A stretch of DNA of 62,905 nt, filler included, from Choristocarpus tenellus KU-1152 (Eukaryota > Protista > Phaeophyceae): the NCBI GenBank assembly GCA_964200185.2. It is 9 parts of 9 records of this genome, joined end to end, with 100 filler letters (N's around TTAATTAATTAA, not from the genome) between each part and the next. Parts side by side here need not be neighbours in the genome. Positions count along the whole stretch, not along the records: positions 35,944 to 38,561 come from CAXNAD020026225.1; positions 38,662 to 43,108 come from CAXNAD020014507.1; positions 43,209 to 46,673 come from CAXNAD020019844.1; positions 46,774 to 49,999 come from CAXNAD020021415.1; 5 more parts are not named here. One strand, given 5' to 3'. The notes under the pieces were generated by a model, which was given only the letters and a program-made list of their open reading frames with translations, was not told the origin of the DNA and ran no database searches. Shown here one piece after another: positions 36,769 to 48,567 of this stretch; position 1 is the stretch's first letter; each line of letters opens with the position of its first letter. The translations under genes were made by a program, and so were the position numbers.

Positions 36769-38873
36769 CAAACGAGATTGCCTTGAGGGTGAAACACACG
36801 CAAGTAAGACCGACCCAAAGACCCGAGGTCACGCCCCAAAGGAATCTGCCACTGCCCCAGACTCCAATGACCTAACCCAATGCTGGAGGGACTACCACCG
36901 CAACCCAGCAGGAAATCTCTCCACCACCGACCCAAGCAGTGCAACGGAGGAACGGATGGACTGAGAGTGCAAGGATGGCAATTGCTAACCTATCGTGTTG
37001 TCAGCAAGGGCAGGAAAGAAAGGCTGTAACGTGTGAGGTTGGTGGGGACTCTGACACAAAAGCTAAGAAAGAAATTATACCGGGGGAAAAGGATGGAACT
37101 TCAAAAAGAAATTACGACCATGTAGCCACAGTGTGAGACAGAGATCTCGAATGGCATCATCGCGAGGAATGTCATGTACAGATATCTGTAATATTTTTGT
37201 GAGCTTCTAAGCTTTCAGATCACTTCGACAACACCATACCCTCACATGCATGCCAGAGCTGAAGGGAAGCCAATGAAGTGGGTCATCAAAAGGTCAGCAG
37301 ACAGGGTTTCTGACATCAACGATGGCATGTTCGACATTGACATATCGCCACTCCAAAAAGACAAATTTTTCCGACGGGCTGAAAGGATTGCAGAGAAGAC
37401 CAGAGGAATGGACAAAAAAGTCATACGGTGAAGGTGAAAAGTCCTTCGAATGATGTGGACGAGGTAACATCGCTTGACTAAACTTGATTATTCAGGGTAT
37501 AAGGATGGGTCGTCCTGAAATGTTTTCATCCAGGCGGGGTGTTGTTCCCTTTTCGAATTCCCCATCATTCCCCCCCTCGAGCAGAATCCCTCAGCTCTCT
37601 CCCTCTCCTGTGCCGTATTGTGGTTGTTGTGTGGCACGGCAACAGAAGTATCACAAAATCCTAGAAAGTTACAAAGCCTGATGAACGGTTCAAAGTTAAG
37701 TATAACACAAAAGTTAGGAAAAAGATGTCCCCAACAATGAGAGCCACCTTCCAAATAAGGTACACCCTTAAGATGACCTATCTTGAAGATCCTATCACAT
37801 TTTGTAGATGTTGTATCAAAAACCTAAACCAATACCATAAGTACCCCTACAAAAGTATCCTGTCATATATTGTATATGTATGTGCTGGTGTCAAAGGTGC
37901 CAAGTCATCTGCTCAAGGGGTCACAATCACCAGAGTGAACTCTTCCACCTTGGAGGGTGAGACCGAGTATCAAAGGTCTTGCCCAACATCTCAAAGTCAG
38001 TTGAGGAAATCCAGCACAGAACAAAAACCTCAAGACACAACAGATCTTCCCGAATGACTGAGCAACGTCCTAGCAGAGAAATGGGTCGACCAGAATCGGA
38101 ATGTCTCTTCGTTCTGACAGTCCATTTTGGCTGTTTGGTCAAATCCGGATCTTATGGGTGTGGTTGGTTTATTGGACTGGTCAGTATGGGTGAGCTAAAG
38201 TGATGTGGTTGGCGCGCGCAATTGTATATGACTGCTTTTCTTATGCACAAGTGTGTGTCGGAGATCCTAAAAATGAAACCTGTCCCTGACATATATCTTA
38301 CTACGTATGCCCCTTGACAATGTCCAGATGTGTACGGGAAAAAGTTAAACCATGATCACAAAAAATAAGGCGTTGTTTAGGAGAAGATTGCTTGCGGAGA
38401 TCCGTTGGTTGAGCGCGGTCCCTGGTTCGAGCCTCGGCACGAGTATTTTCATAATGTCCAACCTTTATGGTAGTGTTGTTTAGTAGTAAAGTCGTTTTAG
38501 TAGCTTCGCCCTCTCTAGCATATCTTGGTTTTTTTCACTGTGGGTAAAGGTATCTGGGGGGNNNNNNNNNNNNNNNNNNNNNNNNNNNNNNNNNNNNNNN
38601 NNNNNTTAATTAATTAANNNNNNNNNNNNNNNNNNNNNNNNNNNNNNNNNNNNNNNNNNNNAAAACCCAAAAAAACCACCTACCTTTCCCCAAAAAAAAA
38701 CTTTCCCCCCCCCCCCCCCCCCCCCCCCCCCCCACATACACACACACACACTTTCCTGCACTCACCCCTACACCTTCACATGGTGGTTATCCACGATGTC
38801 ACTCATCACTCTCTATGGGTCTCTACATTCAATACGGACACACGTACTAACTGTTACGCTTGGTGTGTGATAG

Positions 38874-41800
38874 TTGACCACTAACACGACGGTGGGCATG
38901 ACCTATGGGAGGGTGGAGGTGCGTGCCAAGCTGCCAAAGGGGCAGGGGCTTTGGCCGTCTATCTGGATGCTTCCGGTGGACAGCCCGTATGGGGGATGGG
39001 CATCTAGTGGTGCCATTGATATTTTGCAGGCACGCAACCTCATGTCAAGGGTGCATGGGTGAGTGTGGGGTCTGGTATATTTTTGTGAAAATCTGAGAAT
39101 GCTCTCTTCGTATTGGAGTTTGGTCTGATTGGCTTCGTGTGTGTGTGTGGGGGGGGGGAGATGACTGTGGAAGTTTTGCATTTCAAAATTATTCCTTTTG
39201 TGTGTGTGTGTGTGTGTGTTATTATTTTATTTTATTATTGAACAAAAATATTTGTAAAAAACGTTCATAGGATCCTATAGGGGGGTTCAGATGTCCATTG
39301 AGGGCCTTGGTGACCCCGTGGTGGTGGTTTTGATACCATTGGAGTTAATGCAGTTAATGTGGTTAATGTAGTGAATGTTTCACATGTAGAGGCAAATGCC
39401 CTAGTCTGGATGCACTTGCCTTCTCCATTCTCCTGCCCAGACCAAACCCAAAGGGAAGTCACCCGCAAACATAACATAACGTTCACATCAAACCGGAATG
39501 TTTTACAATACCACCTAACTTACGCCTCCCCCCCCCCCTCTTCCCTCTCGCTTCCCCCTCTTCTAGGATACACTATGGGTCATATGTGTTTTATTTCTAG
39601 TTTTTTTTGTGATGCACTGCAGGAGTGTTGTGATGTGATGGGTGTTGTTTTGGTCTTTGTTTTGATTGAAGAGTTGAGGGGAAAGGGGTGGATTTTTCTC
39701 AAGTCAGTCTGCGTGTGCTTGTGGAGTGTGTTTGATACATAGGGTTGGGGTTTCGTGGGTGTCACAGTATGGCCGTCCATGCAAGAATCAGTTGGCTATA
39801 TTTGGATGTATGTGTAAGTATTTTGGATGAATGGATATATGCATTATGTATGACTTAATCGGTATAACGTTGGTTTTACCGTTTGCACTAGATGGTATAG
39901 CACCATACTGCTCCACACTCAAAGATGCTTAGTGGTCAGTGTCTTGTTAGTGTCTCATTAGTATCTGATTAATTAATATCTAATTGATTAGTATCTGATT
40001 GATTAGTATCTGATTAATTAAATATCTAATTGATTAGTATCTGATTGATTAGTATCTGATTAATTAGTATCTGATTAATTAAATATCTAATTGATTAGTA
40101 TCTGATTAATTAATATCTAATTGATTAGTGACCAGCTAGGATAAAAGACGTATCCAAAACTAAACCGACTAACTCACTCTTTTTAACTCCATTGACGTAT
40201 TCTGTTTGCCTGGTCTTTCTCAATCTTGCCATGCCAGTCTGTCAGTCTTACGGTATGTATGTAGGTATGTAGGTATGTTCGTATGTATATATGTATATAT
40301 GTATGTGTATCTCTTATGTATGTATGTCTTTTATGTATCTATGTGTCTATATCTACCGGGTTTTTTGTTGTGTCTGGCTATCACAGGCAGCTGGTCTTTG
40401 GTGGACCGTATCCTGATGTGGACAACCTGAACATCTATGAGGGTGGGCCATGCTACTCTGATATCTATGATGACTTCTCTTCTGAGTTTCATGTGTTTGC
40501 TGTGGAATGGGAAGAGGACTCCTTCAGGTAGTGTATTATACTAGAATTAGTGATAATGATAATAAATATTTTGCTCTTGAGTTTTAGTTTGTACTGTTTT
40601 AGTACTTGAAAGTGAGGCATAAAAAACATATACATATTTGATTTTTATATTTTCAAGTGGGTTGTCCAGTCACATTGATAAAAACAAAAATATAATATTT
40701 TTGTATCTGAATTATGGTATCAGAGTATTGTAGTATATTTCTAAATGCTACCAAAATGATACTAATGTTGATAACTCCATCCTGCTACCACAGGAATGAA
40801 GGGGCTATAGCACCTACATGTGATTGATGATAGCAGTACAGGTTTGTCATGAGTCGTTTTTTCAAATATTTCTAGACCTCTACGGTCCAAGCTCTTTAGA
40901 AACTTACTCACCAGATCAAGCTGCAATTTAAAATCACCAAGAATTTCCCAATTTCTTCCAACTTAACCCCTCCCCTCCTACAACCCCCTTAACCCACATA
41001 ACCCTTCAGTGTTCTCCTCTACTACTCCCTCTGCCCCTTCCCCCCCCTCCACCCACCTTACTCCCTCCTGGGGTCCATCTGGACCTTGGTTATGCAGATG
41101 GTATGTGGATGAGAACCTGTACTGCAACCGGTCCTACTGGTACTCTAGACCGGATCCAAAGGAGGATGATTACTCCTTCCCAGCGCCATTCAACACCCCT
41201 TTCTACCTCATCCTCAATGTGGCAGTTGGGGGGACATTCACTGGTGGGGTGATTGACCAGGTGCGTTGACTTGTTCTATGGTTTTGAGAGTGTTTGTATA
41301 CTTATTTCTGTTGTTTTTTGTAATGGTGGGAAGGCTATGTGAATATGCCGTTGCTACTGTGGTTTGTGTGTTGCCTCTTGTGTGTTAAATTGATACCGGT
41401 TATTAAGTTGATATTATGTTAAATTGATACCATGCAGCATAAGTGAATACACAACATCAAGAAATGTTTATTTGTGTGCTAATCTCTGTAGTGTATGTGT
41501 GTGTTTTATGGTTTGTTTGTTGCCTTTCTAGTGTCGTTTGTTACTGTTTGTCGTTAATGTGTGGCAAAAAAAAGAAGATTTTTGTAACTGCCTTTTTTTA
41601 ACTCTTTTTGTAAAATGTGTAACCTACTTTTTTCTGTGTTATCTGTGAAAGGGTTAGTTAGGGTTATTGTTGGTGAATCGTTCGATACCTGAGGTAGAGG
41701 GGTTTGTATATATTTTGGCTTGTTTGGATGTGTTGTGCATGCCCATTCGTGTTGTTTGTAATGAATGCTGTGTGGTACATCGATTTTTCTGCTCAAGTAT

Positions 41801-43049
41801 CACACCTTGGTTTTGTTTTTTCAGCCTGTTTGGCCTGTTTGGGTTGGGTGCATGAAACGCGAAGGGTCTGCAGCGGGGAGAGCATAAGCATATAACTTCT
41901 AAACCGGCTCTTTGTATGTGTATGTGTTTTTGTCAGTCTGCTGCAGACACCCATTGAATCAGATCATGTAGGATGTATATATATATATATATACATACCA
42001 AGTACCACGGAGCTTATTTCAATTGATGGGCTATAGGGCTAGCTCTACATTCTGACTGCAAAATGCGATCATATCTTTCTTTGAAAAGGTCTCTGCTTCA
42101 GTAATCTGTTCACTAATTTAGTGGGAAAATGAGAAAGAAAAAAAAAAGTGAGGGTGCATGATTTTATTTTTTAACTGCTTTTAATTTAACTCATCACAAA
42201 AAAAACTAACGGGAAAAAAAGCTTGTTTTTTTTTGTGCGAGAATATTTATGGGGGGTATTTAGTATTTTTTAAGTGGGTCTATTTTTTTTTTTAATAGAA
42301 AATGTCGAATTATCTTCAGGAGTGTGAAACCAAAATAGAGTGAGGAGAATAGAGAGGGGAATTGCATTTGTTTTCTCGGGTCATGATATTTTTTTCATTA
42401 TTTTCTTAGGTCTTGTTCCAATTGTCATAATTGGAATGGCAATATTGGCTACGCCCTCTCACACGACGCAGGAGGTTTGATATATTTTTTTGTAGTGTGT
42501 AGTGTAATTTGTGAAATGCTGCCATTTAAAGCCATTTTTTTGTAATAGCATGTTGTTGTCTAATGGTACAAATAGTGTTTTTTTATTTCCAACAAGAAAT
42601 GTACCTGTACCCTCCTTCTATACCCTGACCGAAACTCTGCCCCCTCTTGTCCCTCCTGTTACAGATACAGGTATACGTTCTACTGCACTTTGGTTTCCTT
42701 ATGTTTCATGTCTTATCTCACACTTTATCCCCTCCCCCCTCCCCAAATTTCGCCTCATGCATACGAAAAAATATTCAAATACGATTTTTCCTGGGTCAAG
42801 GCACTGCTGGAGACCAATCCAGAATTACTTGTGGACTATGTTAGGATGTACACGTTAGATGGACAAAATGTCACAGTAGCTCCCAATCCAAACCCGGAGA
42901 CAGCCAGGGATGCAGGCGGGGACGTTAATACATTGGCCTTGGCAATTGTGGCTGGGGTGCTGATATTCCTCGTGGCTTGTTGCTGTTTGGTGGGTATGGC
43001 GTGTGATGTATTGTTTGGGGGGGGGGGGGGAGGTAAGAAGGCAAATTGA
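38874..43049 (+). CDS. GH16 laminarinase/beta-1,3-glucan-binding-like protein lacking both catalytic Glu, with C-terminal TM helix; exons 38874-39058, 40387-40527, 41098-41260, 42801-about 42993/43049
   Basis: TYGRVEVRAKLPKGQGLWPSIWMLP..YGGWASSGAIDILQ; FHVFAVEWEEDSFR|WYVD; APFNTPFYLILNVAVGG; LLVDYVRMY; then hydrophobic LALAIVAGVLIFLVACCCLV. Junctions are phase-compatible. 5' exons missing and end of last exon uncertain. Confidence 0.9.
39955..40130. repeat. Intronic short-period satellite (tagtatctgatt(a/g)at variants)
   Basis: Directly visible degenerate tandem array. Confidence 0.85.
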
Positions 43050-43233
43050 GAAGAGGAAGCTTGCATGGTAAGGAAGAGGAGAAAGATGGTTGATATAATG
43101 GGATGGGGNNNNNNNNNNNNNNNNNNNNNNNNNNNNNNNNNNNNNNNNNNNNTTAATTAATTAANNNNNNNNNNNNNNNNNNNNNNNNNNNNNNNNNNNN
43201 NNNNNNNNAAAAAATAATAAAAAAATTTCCCTG

Positions 43234-43415
43234 GGGCGTAAAAGTTTTGGGGGGGGGGGGGGGGTTCTTCACCAGGGTGTTCATTCGGGGCATAACCAGG
43301 AGAAGTGCAACTACATTATCCATCCATCGCATGCAACCAATTTCACCCAAACATAGCGACATGGAAAAATGGGCTCTGAATGGACAGACGCCACACACCC
43401 CATGTACTTTGAGCC
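43234..43415. mobile_element. MITE family C (about 180-190 bp, poly-G/poly-C subterminal tracts); other copies 46774-46850 (partial), 49775-49965, 52055-52232, 38543-38561 (end only)
   Basis: Ends ..AAAGTATCTGGGGG / CCCCCAGATACTTTG..; shared interior agggtgtccat..ttatccatc..atgcaaccaaa..gcgacatggaa..ccaaatggacag. Confidence 0.8.
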
Positions 43416-46400
43416 TGACAAGCATATTGCTCTGGATGTTCCCTGCCATCTGTTTCCTGTTGTACCTCTTTCTCATTCACTACATCAACACAAAGCAGTA
43501 TTTTCTATTTTTATCATTACCACATTTTAGAATACTACGTCGAATCTACACTACTATAAAGTTCAGGCATCACACTTCTTGTTGTTTTCTCTCCTCTCTC
43601 GTTTTTTTTTTGAAGTCCCTTAAGGCATCGCTCCGCAATGATTCTTGATCACCACATTGCCCCTATCCTATCTTTCGTGGTATACAAGCAGTACTTACAG
43701 AGCTTTCCCTAGAAGAAATACATGGCAAAGACGGGTTCAAACTCATACACACTTACATCGAAGATGTGTGTTGTATCCACTTAGCTACTTAAACCTAAGT
43801 AGTAGTAGTAGGTGAAAAACGCGAGATCTGACCGCCTTTTTCTCCGTAATTAGTATCAGGGTCATAAACATGGATGTACATCGGGAAGGACCTTTAAACG
43901 ACATTAATATGGGTAGAGAGGTATGAAAGAACCTACTTCGTCAAGAAAAGATTATTTGCTGGACTTCCTTAGGGGAGATTTGAATGATATGGAAGGTTTT
44001 TGTGGAGTGACAGAAATTCTCCAAAGAATGATGAACGGATAGATTATTTGAAGTGGAGGAATTGGTTGGTAAGAAAGGAGAGACAAGGTATAATAGTAAG
44101 GTGGTTGAAGGACATACTTTCTTAGGATGTTAATAGTAGGACAAAGGAAGGTACGCGGATGAAGTAATAGTGGGAACAAGGATTTATCTGAATGAGTGAG
44201 GGTAGGGTAGCTGAAGTGAGTCAGGATACGGTTAATGACTATATAGTAAGGAGAGACCCAGGAAGTAAAATATGATGGAGACAACCGTAGATTGAGGAAG
44301 AGTAAGGACACAAGAATAAAAACAGTTGAGAGGTAGGGAGGTTTCGAACCTATTGCATTCTAAGCCATTTTTCTTACCTTGTGAAATACATCAAACTTCA
44401 TTGCTTTGTGTGCACAATAGTGTATATCCAAAATTGTTACTCCTCCTTTCCACACACAAACTGACACCACAATTCAGCAAAGGTCTTTCCAGCAACTGTT
44501 GCAAAAGTTGTGCTTGGCCGATTGTTAGGATCCTCAAAATATAACCTTGCCTACTTACCTATCACCTCAGGTCAAAGCCCAACCAATCATTCACTGCGAG
44601 TTTGTTAGAGGGGGGGATTAGACAAGGGGTGGGCGAGGGGAAGTGTCCCGATGCAGAGGTAGGAGACAACTGTTAAGGACATGTGATGCATGTGAAAGCT
44701 CTCTTGGCATTTGTGATCAAATCGACAGATTAGTACACAATATATGATAGTGTGAGACGCCATCCTGAAATTTCTAATTGAAGAAGATTTAACCGCATGT
44801 TTCACCTCCCTTTGCATAGACCCATTTATTGTTGACCAAACAGATATATCACATGATGAGGAATTCCACAAATATTTGGAACATGCGGTTCTTATGGACT
44901 ACTCCTGTTACCAGGGAGGTAGGTCATCATTTGTGCAATGCTTGGAAGACATAAAAATATATAGATAGGACCTGGCTTATTGAATCCAGGGGTAGAAAAA
45001 ACTTGCTGACAGAAGCCTGAGGGGGAGAATTTTTTTTTTTTAAATATGGAATTACAAGGTGCAAACGTTGACCCTGAAAAAAAAGAAATAAATGTGAAGG
45101 ATTGTTGCACTGCAGCAAGAGAGTATCAATCATACAAATATTTGTCAAAGTGACAGGCAAGGGTCACAGCGATTGACTGTTACTGCAAGAATAAATTTTG
45201 TAGTCTATTACAGTCAGCAAGTGGAGTTGATGCATAGGATCACCAGACAGAACTATACTATAGTGGAGCCTAGCCTGGAGAGACAAAATAGGTCAGCAAT
45301 AGTCTTGGGATCACCTGTAGTAGGGACAATTGGAACTGACCACCTTCGAGCTTGGTACGACTTCAATCTGATTGAGTGCATGGACACACTGTGTTTCACC
45401 ACAGTAGTGTACCTTATTACGTGCCTTGCACATTGGTGACCACCTTGCCACACGATTTAGATTTATTCCTAAGAAACGGAAGGGCTAAATTAAATCACTC
45501 GAACCTACAGTAATAGCAAAACAACCTAAATAGGGATACCTCTTATAATAATTTTCTAAATTTGCTAGCCGGGCATACACACGCACACAAAATACATTCA
45601 TACATATACATACAGTTCTAAGCTCATCATCATACACGTCCATCCAACAAAAAACAGAGATAAATATCTGTCGCATCATCACAAGCGGGGGGAAGGGGGG
45701 CATCTCGATCCATCCTTAAACCTCTTAAAAACACAGAATACATTTCCCTAACCTCTCCCCGACCCAGATGATCTCCCATATCCCTAAGCTTCTTTTTTTG
45801 TGTGTAGTCACTCCTACGAATCTGACCTCACATGTGACCATCTCAAGATCACAGCACTTGAACCATTTCTAGGTTGAGCTCTTACACAAATCTCCATATC
45901 TCAGCCTTGGACTCTTGGCAGAGTTGGCCAAATTGAAACAAAAAGGCACAAGATTATGTTCTTCCCACAAAGAGAACAACTGTGCCCCAGTGAGGGGACA
46001 AAGCGCACTCCTTGGACACCCAGCTCCATACACAAACACACAACACACTCTTCCAACCATTCCAGTAGATCCCAACCACCGGCATCCGCACAACCTTAGT
46101 AGGATACACCTCTCCAGTCTTCACCGCCTCTTTCTTTCTACCCCCTCCGATTCCTCTTGATGGCACAAAGTCAAAAAAGGGCAGGGCATTTTGTTCTGAC
46201 CCAGTTCTAAATCAAGCAGCAGCATGGGAAGAATGCAGCATTTAAAAAAAGGCGCTATCGAGGTATGCCCAGCATCCGAATAAAACAGTCAAAGAAAAAG
46301 AAAAGCAGCGCCAGCACTGAGAGGAAGTAACAGAACAAACCCCCTCAGTGTGGCAAAAGTTGTTCCAGCTTCTTCACTCTCATTGCCCCGTCGGCCACAT

Positions 46401-46932
46401 GACTCCATTTCATGGCCATAGCCACCTTTCAGGGAGCTTGGAAAGTATCGTTGTCTCCCCTCATTCATCATCGGAATGACTTGGATATTCAATGGTCCAC
46501 TCTTCTATGACCGCGATCACCTTGAGAGGGAGAAGCAAGTGTGGGCTAAATGCGTTAAGCTACTCTCCAGGTGAACCCAGAAGAGCCTACAATGTGAGCA
46601 GTGCAAGATTCGATGGAATAGGCGGCTGCGACAATTTAGGCGAGGAGCACTTTTTGTTGGGGGGGGAGGGTAGNNNNNNNNNNNNNNNNNNNNNNNNNNN
46701 NNNNNNNNNNNNNNNNNTTAATTAATTAANNNNNNNNNNNNNNNNNNNNNNNNNNNNNNNNNNNNNNNNNNNNCCAAAAATCACGACATGGAAAAATTGG
46801 TCCAAAATGGACAGCCGCCCCCCCCCCACCCCCCCCAGATACTTTGATCCTTCTGTTCTTTGCTATGTGGTTTGGATAGATAGACATGATAAATCCTTTG
46901 TGTGTGTGTGTGTGTGTGTGTGATGCCTTCAG

Positions 46933-48567
46933 GCAAGCTGAAGCTACGATGTGGTTCTCAATTCACGGGCAAGATGGAGGGTATGATGAATGATCTGGCT
47001 ATTGGGGGTGATCACGAAGCTAACTTTGCAAAGCACCTCAAGGGGTTGGAGGAGGGGGGTACGGTGGACGTGGGCAAGGTGGACTTCAATGTGCAGGTGT
47101 GATACAATTGGCATGCATGAAGTGTGCCCCTGACTCTATCCATATCCATAATATTGGTGTATTGATTTATTTTTGATGTGTTCGAGGTACTGCCTTGTAT
47201 GTTTTGTGTGTTTGTAGTAATCAAGCGGTAAGGTAGGGCTTGTTTTGGTTGTGAACGTTTTTGGTACACTTACTAAGAATAGGAATCGAAAAAGAGTTTG
47301 CAATCATTTTTCTTATTTGTTCATCTAGTGTTTTGAAAAAAAATGTGTAGTCTAATTTTTTATGGGTATAGAGATTCGTGTGCTTTGAAGCTTAGCTTGA
47401 AACACAGGTCTACTTAATAACATTGGATGAACCTTCACACTCCAACCCTGGATCTGAGTGTCTGTCTAAATGATCAAAACATGAGCCGACCTGTATCCTG
47501 TTTATTTTTTTTAATTACAAAAATGTACGAAAATTGAAAGGTTTTGACAACAGGGTACTGGCCGTCCTACAAGCCCTTAGAGGTGACCCTGCCCAAGCCT
47601 ATGATGAAGTGTACTCAGGTGTTCGAAAAGTACTATGATGAGACCACAAGGTGAGCAAAAAAATATGAAAATATTACTGGCGCAATAGGTTTATTGTGTA
47701 TATTTCAAAAGGTGGTGTGTATGTATGTATATATTGCATATGTGATGCCATTTTTTTTAATGGCTTGTTGCCGTTTGTGTGCTTGCTTGTGTGTGTATGA
47801 TGTGTGCGTTATTTTGGCTGGTGTATTGACACGCAAAGTAGATGTTTAATGTTACTTTTTTTTCTAATTTCTGTTTTTTTGTGTTACTTTTTTTTGTGAA
47901 GTTTGAGAAAGGAGGCAGGATTTGTTTTGTGCAGTGATGTCATCGTTGAGAAATTTCTTTGCTTTAAGAAAAAACTCTTTTCTGCTGTGCTATATGTACA
48001 GTTGGGATGTTTATTTATGCTTGCTGTTTTTTTCACTTTTTAGCGGCTAAAATCTGGTCCCATTTTAATTTTTTTTTTAAGTTGAATTTGTTGTGTTTTC
48101 AAGCAAATTGGTCCTTTCTGCTCCCCTTTCCCCCTCTCCCCTTCCCCCTCTAGTGATTTACGTATAATTGTATATATTGATCTGTGGTATGATACACACC
48201 CACGGAAGAGACTGTTGATGGTATTGATTTGGTTAGGTGTACCTTATATTATCATGCCCTTTATCATACCTTTTATCATACCTTTTATTGAGCACTTGTC
48301 TTTTAGTTGGTGATATATTCTGGGACTTTCCCAGATTTCAGCAGTTGACCACTCCAAAGTACCCTGTATATATATTTATGTATGTTTTTTCTTTCTGCCC
48401 CACACCTAGTGAATAGTAATAACGAGGAACTAATTTACCATTTTTGTGATTTTTTTTATTATGGAATGTTCAGTCACCGGCGTTTGGCGTGGACGCATAG
48501 CTTGGGGAATGTCACGGTTCGGGCGAAGTATGCCAAGGTGTATGACCTTCAAGTCACCACTCTACAG
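46933..48567 (+). CDS. Cullin (CUL1-like), internal exons 46933-47096, 47541-47650, 48474-48567
   Basis: KLKLRCGSQFTGKMEGMMNDL..FNVQ|VLTTGYWPSYK..FEKYYDETTS|HRRLAWTHSLGNVTV..YDLQVTTLQ: canonical cullin homology domain with in-frame GT/AG junctions. Confidence 0.93.

Noticed and set aside
38370-38445. Possible tRNA or tRNA-derived SINE (B-box-like GGTTCGAGCC)
   Set aside because: No convincing cloverleaf or A box and only one copy in the window.
43930-46670. Short ORFs in contig 6 (and similarly 50100-51650)
   Set aside because: No splice-consistent exon chain or recognisable domain; likely old TE debris.
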